Shown: positions 59,780-64,000 of the stretch, one piece after another | Layout of the letters: the number at the start of each line of letters is the position of its first letter | Position numbering within the stretch: the stretch's first letter is position 1 | NCBI GenBank assembly: GCA_964247055.1 | Contig: OZ176054.1 | Location: forward strand, 7,874,001-7,938,000 | Direction: 5' to 3' | Source of the DNA: Paragordius varius | Taxonomy: Eukaryota; Animalia; Nematomorpha | Length of the DNA stretch: 64,000 nucleotides | Program-made: the position numbers and the translations under genes | The notes under the pieces: generated by a model | Database searches by the model: none | What the model saw: the letters and a program-made list of their open reading frames with translations, nothing else | What the model was told of the DNA's origin: nothing

Positions 59780-62434
59780 TTATTTTAGCGCTTGTTTTTT
59801 CTTGTAGTCTTGTAAAGCGGCTTTGATTGCATCTTCAGCTAACACTTAACAAACAAACAAAATATAAAATTATAGACATATATAAATCAAAATTACAAAA
59901 GGCAAAACGTTACATATAGATTATTATAAAGTAAAAATATTTGATCCTTGATATATTGTCTAAAATGATTACAATGTCAAATTTATAATAAAGTATGTTC
60001 CCAATTTATAACTCTATTCCCAATTTTGGAACCTATAACAGAGGAAATATTTGAAAATACAGGTTAAAAAATATGGTTCATTCAATCAAAATATTAATCT
60101 CCTTTATGTTTTGTCTTATAATTAGAAAGTTTAATTAAAAATAGTTGGTTAAATTTACTTGAACAATGTAATTTAACCGGAGGGAGACAAAGTTCCTTTG
60201 CGATTTCAGAGTTTTTAACTTTCCCAGCTTCATTGATATTCTTACCTTTAATCCATTCGGTTGCCAATGAACTGGAAGCTATGGCTGAACCACACCCAAA
60301 AGTTTTGAATTTGGCATCAATAATTTTACCATTTTCATCTACTTGAATCTATTTTAAATAATAAAATTTGTGTAAATATATAAATAGTAAGTGCATTGTA
60401 TTGCTTTAAAATGAATATTTTTTAAAAGAGCTAGATAGCGGTTTTAACTGGTATTAAACACATGTGTCGTCGCTCGCCAATGCAATCGATCCCCATAAAT
60501 GAAAAATACATGATGTAAACAAATACAACAAAAGTAAGTTAGCCCCAATTAGTTTTCAACGTTTTGATTTTATATAATATATATAACAGTAGAAAATATG
60601 AAAATTGATAAAATATTGAAATTTATATTTTTTTATTAAAGAAAATTTTATATGAATATATCAAGTGATGTATGTTTAAAGGTTTAGACAGATTATTTAA
60701 ATGCAATCACCATTGACAAAAATGCAATAAACACAAGACCCAACCCTAGTTGTAACTATCCTTATTTAAGAGGAATAGAGAGTACTTACGATATCCAACT
60801 ATCAATCTCAAATTTATAATTTTTATAATACAACTGAGTATCAATGAACAGCGGATTGCGACAGATGGTCGTTTCACTTCTCTTTGACATTTGGATTGAA
60901 TGCATCAAACTTAACATACACAATTCGTTTGATTACAATATCGTCACTTCATTACGAGGACGACACGATATTGTTATTATATTCACTTGACAATCTCCAG
61001 ATTTTAATACAATTAACCAATGAATGTCAAGAATTTGGCATAACCATTAATTATAGCAAAACAAAAATTTTACACATAAACTCAAAAATACAATACCCTA
61101 TGGATAATACTAGTCCCACAATACATTTACCTAGGCAGTCCTATTAATACAACAATAGCCCAGATATCATAAGAAAAATAGCAATAGACAAATTGAATAT
61201 GATAAAATATAACAAGTTATGGTGATCACATGACATTAATAACACCACTGATGTTCCCAAGAATGCTTGACTCCGCAGAGGGTTGAACATTAAAGAAGGG
61301 AGATAAAAAAAATATGCTTTCGAAATGTGGTTTTAAATATATTGGATATATTAAGACCGAATTCGTGACAAAATCAAACATATATTCCTCTTTTGCACCT
61401 GTCTTAATATGAAACTTTCTTATTTTGGCCATATCGCTAGAATTAAAAACTTAAAGTACCAACTTATGTCAGGAAAAGTTGTAGTTCAGAAAACGAAATA
61501 GCGTAAAACGTGCTGGACCGATAATTTGACCAACTAAATTAAGCTATCAATGCAGTTATCCGCACACCTAATCAAATAAGCTGACGAAAATAGACTTACG
61601 AATTAACAACAAACGACTCTGATTTAAGCAATGACAAAAAAATTGAAGGTTGGCCTAACACATTTTCCTGCTTCAGACACCAATGTTTAATTTATTTAAA
61701 AGACTTAAATCCTTAAAAAAATTAACAAAGTTATACCGGAAATAATTCATAGCAAAAAAATATCATATAAACGAAAATTTACATAATAAAGCAATTAAAT
61801 AGAATCGTTGCAACCAAAACACTTATAAATCAATACGACTAACAATGGACCTCACACATCAGTAAAAAAACAATAAAAAAATCAGGCAAGTTAGATTATT
61901 AATTTCCAAAGAATGCTATTTATAAGAATTGAATAATAAACAAACGATAAAAATAGAGGTTTAGTGGGGGCAAGATGCTGCAAATCTAATCAAATATCGA
62001 CACCCACCTCATAATTAAGAATCATGTCACAAGAGATACTAACTAATTATAATTAAATAAAAGGATCTAAAAAGCGTCTTTGCGAGCACCGATAATACAG
62101 AACATAATTAAAATAATAAAAAACAGCAAGCTTCACATCTCCCGAATAGACTGGCGATAACCGATTATAAACGCAACAACATTGATCTATTTCATAAGAG
62201 CGAGAAATACATGCAAAACGATAAAAAATTCTATACCTGAAGCTTCATTACATCGCCACAAGCTGGGGCTCCCACCAATCCGGTTCCAACATTTTTTGCA
62301 TTTTTATCAAGTGAGCCAACATTCCGGGGATTTTCATAATGATCAATTACCTAAAAATCAATAATAAAATAGGTAACATTTTTGTGATAAGCCCGGTAGA
62401 ATATTCCAAGAAGTCGCTTTTGTATAATCGCCAT
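59780..62434 (-). CDS. ISCU: Iron-sulfur cluster scaffold protein IscU/NifU-N
   Basis: YHKNVIDHYENPRNVGSLDK..VGTGLVGAPACGDVMKLQIQVD..DAKFKTFGCGSAIASSS..LCLPPVKLHCSMLAEDAIKAAL. First intron is 27 nt. Confidence 0.98.
60845..61230 (+). mobile_element. RTE-type reverse transcriptase relic, antisense inside an ISCU intron (may extend to ~62200)
   Basis: GLRQ..SLLF, LHYEDDTIL (YADD box), FGITINYSKTKIL and YIYLGS. Confidence 0.75.
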
Positions 62435-62517
62435 AATTTAATCACATGATATGCATAGATTAGAGTGCGGAAAACACATGCCAGAAAAATTGGTGTAGAT
62501 TTTTATCTATATTTGTC

Positions 62518-64000
62518 ATGTACAATCGCGAAGTCGTTCAAAAAGATCTTAATGAATTAAACCAAAAATTGGTGGAGACAAATGCTGAAGTATCATATAT
62601 ATTTAAAGTTATTAGTTAAAATCATTATATGGGCATAAAGAGGAAGAAGAAAATACTGTAAATGTAGAAAAAATTGAGTTTAAAGCTGAAAAACTTAACA
62701 TAATTAAAAACGTAAGTACTCATTTGGAAAATATGGCAAAAGTATTTTTGAATATTAAAGTTTTTAGATTTTCAAGCCGATTGAAATAGAAATCGATGAT
62801 TTATTAACTAAAAAATATCATAACACCTATCAATTTATTTTGGAGTATATGGATGGCTTAATGTAACATTATTTTTTACAATATTAGATCTCGTTTTAGA
62901 TCAAGCATGATTATTAAAAAATACAATGTTACGATTGACACTATTGTTCAAATGGCTGCAATAAATGAGAAAATAAATTTTTTGATGCCCAATTCAAATT
63001 TGCACTCCTATATTTTTATGGTTTTAAATGCATGGATTAACAATTTTCTAACAATTTTGGCTGAGTAAAAAGTATATAAAATGTAGAGAAATTTATGCGT
63101 TATTAAAACTTCTAAAATACCCAAATTTTGCGGCCTCGTCTCTGGGTAAGTCTAGGTATATGATTAATAAACAATTTAATAAAAAACGTAAAAATTATAA
63201 AATTTGAATTAAAAACTTCATTGCTTTATTAAGCCTCCCCTTAAATTTTTTTGCCATAAAAAATTTAAATTTTACATATTATTTTTACTAGATAGAACCG
63301 AAACCATTTGTTTCATTTGGAACCGTCTTGAGACCAACAAAATTTAAAATTAAACCAAAATCATGACCATTTGACCAAAACATGGGCAAAACTAAATTAT
63401 TTTTGACCAATTTTTATGGAACCGACTAAAAATTTTGTGTGAAACTGTTATTATAAAAATTGCTCTGATTTTTCACATCTATAGGCCTTTTTTAAATAGG
63501 CTTTGTTTCAAACAACTTTTTCCCAAATATGATTATAAATTTATATCAAAATTGCTCTGTTTATTTCTGTATAAAAATTGTAAAAATTATAATATACATA
63601 TTTTTCCCGAAAATTAAAATAACTGTTTTGATTGGTCATAATTTATTTTATTATACATTAGCTGACCAAAGATTTGATCATGTGTTAACCAAAAATCAAC
63701 AAACTCAACTAATTGGATTGTTTGGTACTTTGCTGGAAATTCCCTTTATGTAATATATACCATTTGCACTTCAAGAGTGTGTTTGAATTCAAGTTGGTCC
63801 TTTGATTTTTTTTGTTTTGTTTTTAACTTTTATTCAAATTTATATTATTCATCTATTTTATCATTTTTAACTTATTTTCTATTATTTAACATAAATTTTA
63901 AATCAATATTAACCAATTCAGAAACCGTATATCTTCAATAATTTCTTAAAAATTATTTTAGATATTTATAAAATTTTAACAAATTGAAAAACATATAAGG
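62518..64000 (+). CDS. RINT1: Probable RAD50-interacting protein 1 (RINT1/TIP20); runs off the window end
   Basis: An open reading is maintained across four tiny GT-AG introns (26, 26, 25, 22 nt). An N-terminal coiled coil is followed by a HL..KPIE..Y..I..+MAAI..W..FL..L.EEI..LL..LKYP pattern recalled from RINT1. The gene is certain; its identity is from memory of the family. Confidence 0.6.

Noticed and set aside
61226-61432. 68-aa minus-strand ORF as an ISCU exon or piggyBac transposase piece
   Set aside because: ISCU is complete without it, and the similarity to transposase motifs is too weak to support.

Overview
Very AT-rich eukaryotic (animal-type) genomic DNA, roughly one quarter GC by eye, with 16 recognisable spliced or single-exon genes: HAGH (runs off the left edge), NABP/SOSS-B, a trypsin-like protease, a TPX2-like gene, NDUFB10, DDX39B/UAP56, PSMD10, an SLC35D transporter, an intronless orphan class-A GPCR, LMBR1, YAE1, IMMP2L, UBE2N, WDR4, RER1 and ISCU. 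A probable RINT1 runs off the right edge. Gene models were built by manual translation and joined across GT-AG introns. Most introns are only 22-31 nt, yet the same genes also carry 0.4-2.9 kb introns filled with transposon debris. That debris includes two piggyBac-type MITE families (TTAA TSD), hAT MITEs and a hAT transposase relic (8-bp TSD), a non-autonomous Helitron, a foldback MITE, RTE-type LINE relics and a GIY-YIG relic. The most notable observations are: (i) ultra-short introns coexisting with kb-scale ones; (ii) four head-to-head gene pairs with only 31-90 nt between start codons; (iii) a candidate 33-nt poison exon in UAP56; (iv) WDR4 lacking a first exon downstream of an intronless same-strand RER1, so RER1 is nested in WDR4 or shares its leader with it; (v) a three-level nested MITE carrying an unexplained GC-rich structured 202-nt insert. 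The organism cannot be identified from this window. The intron sizes suggest a compact-genome animal such as a mesozoan or myxozoan (inference only). No rRNA, tRNA or CRISPR array was found.
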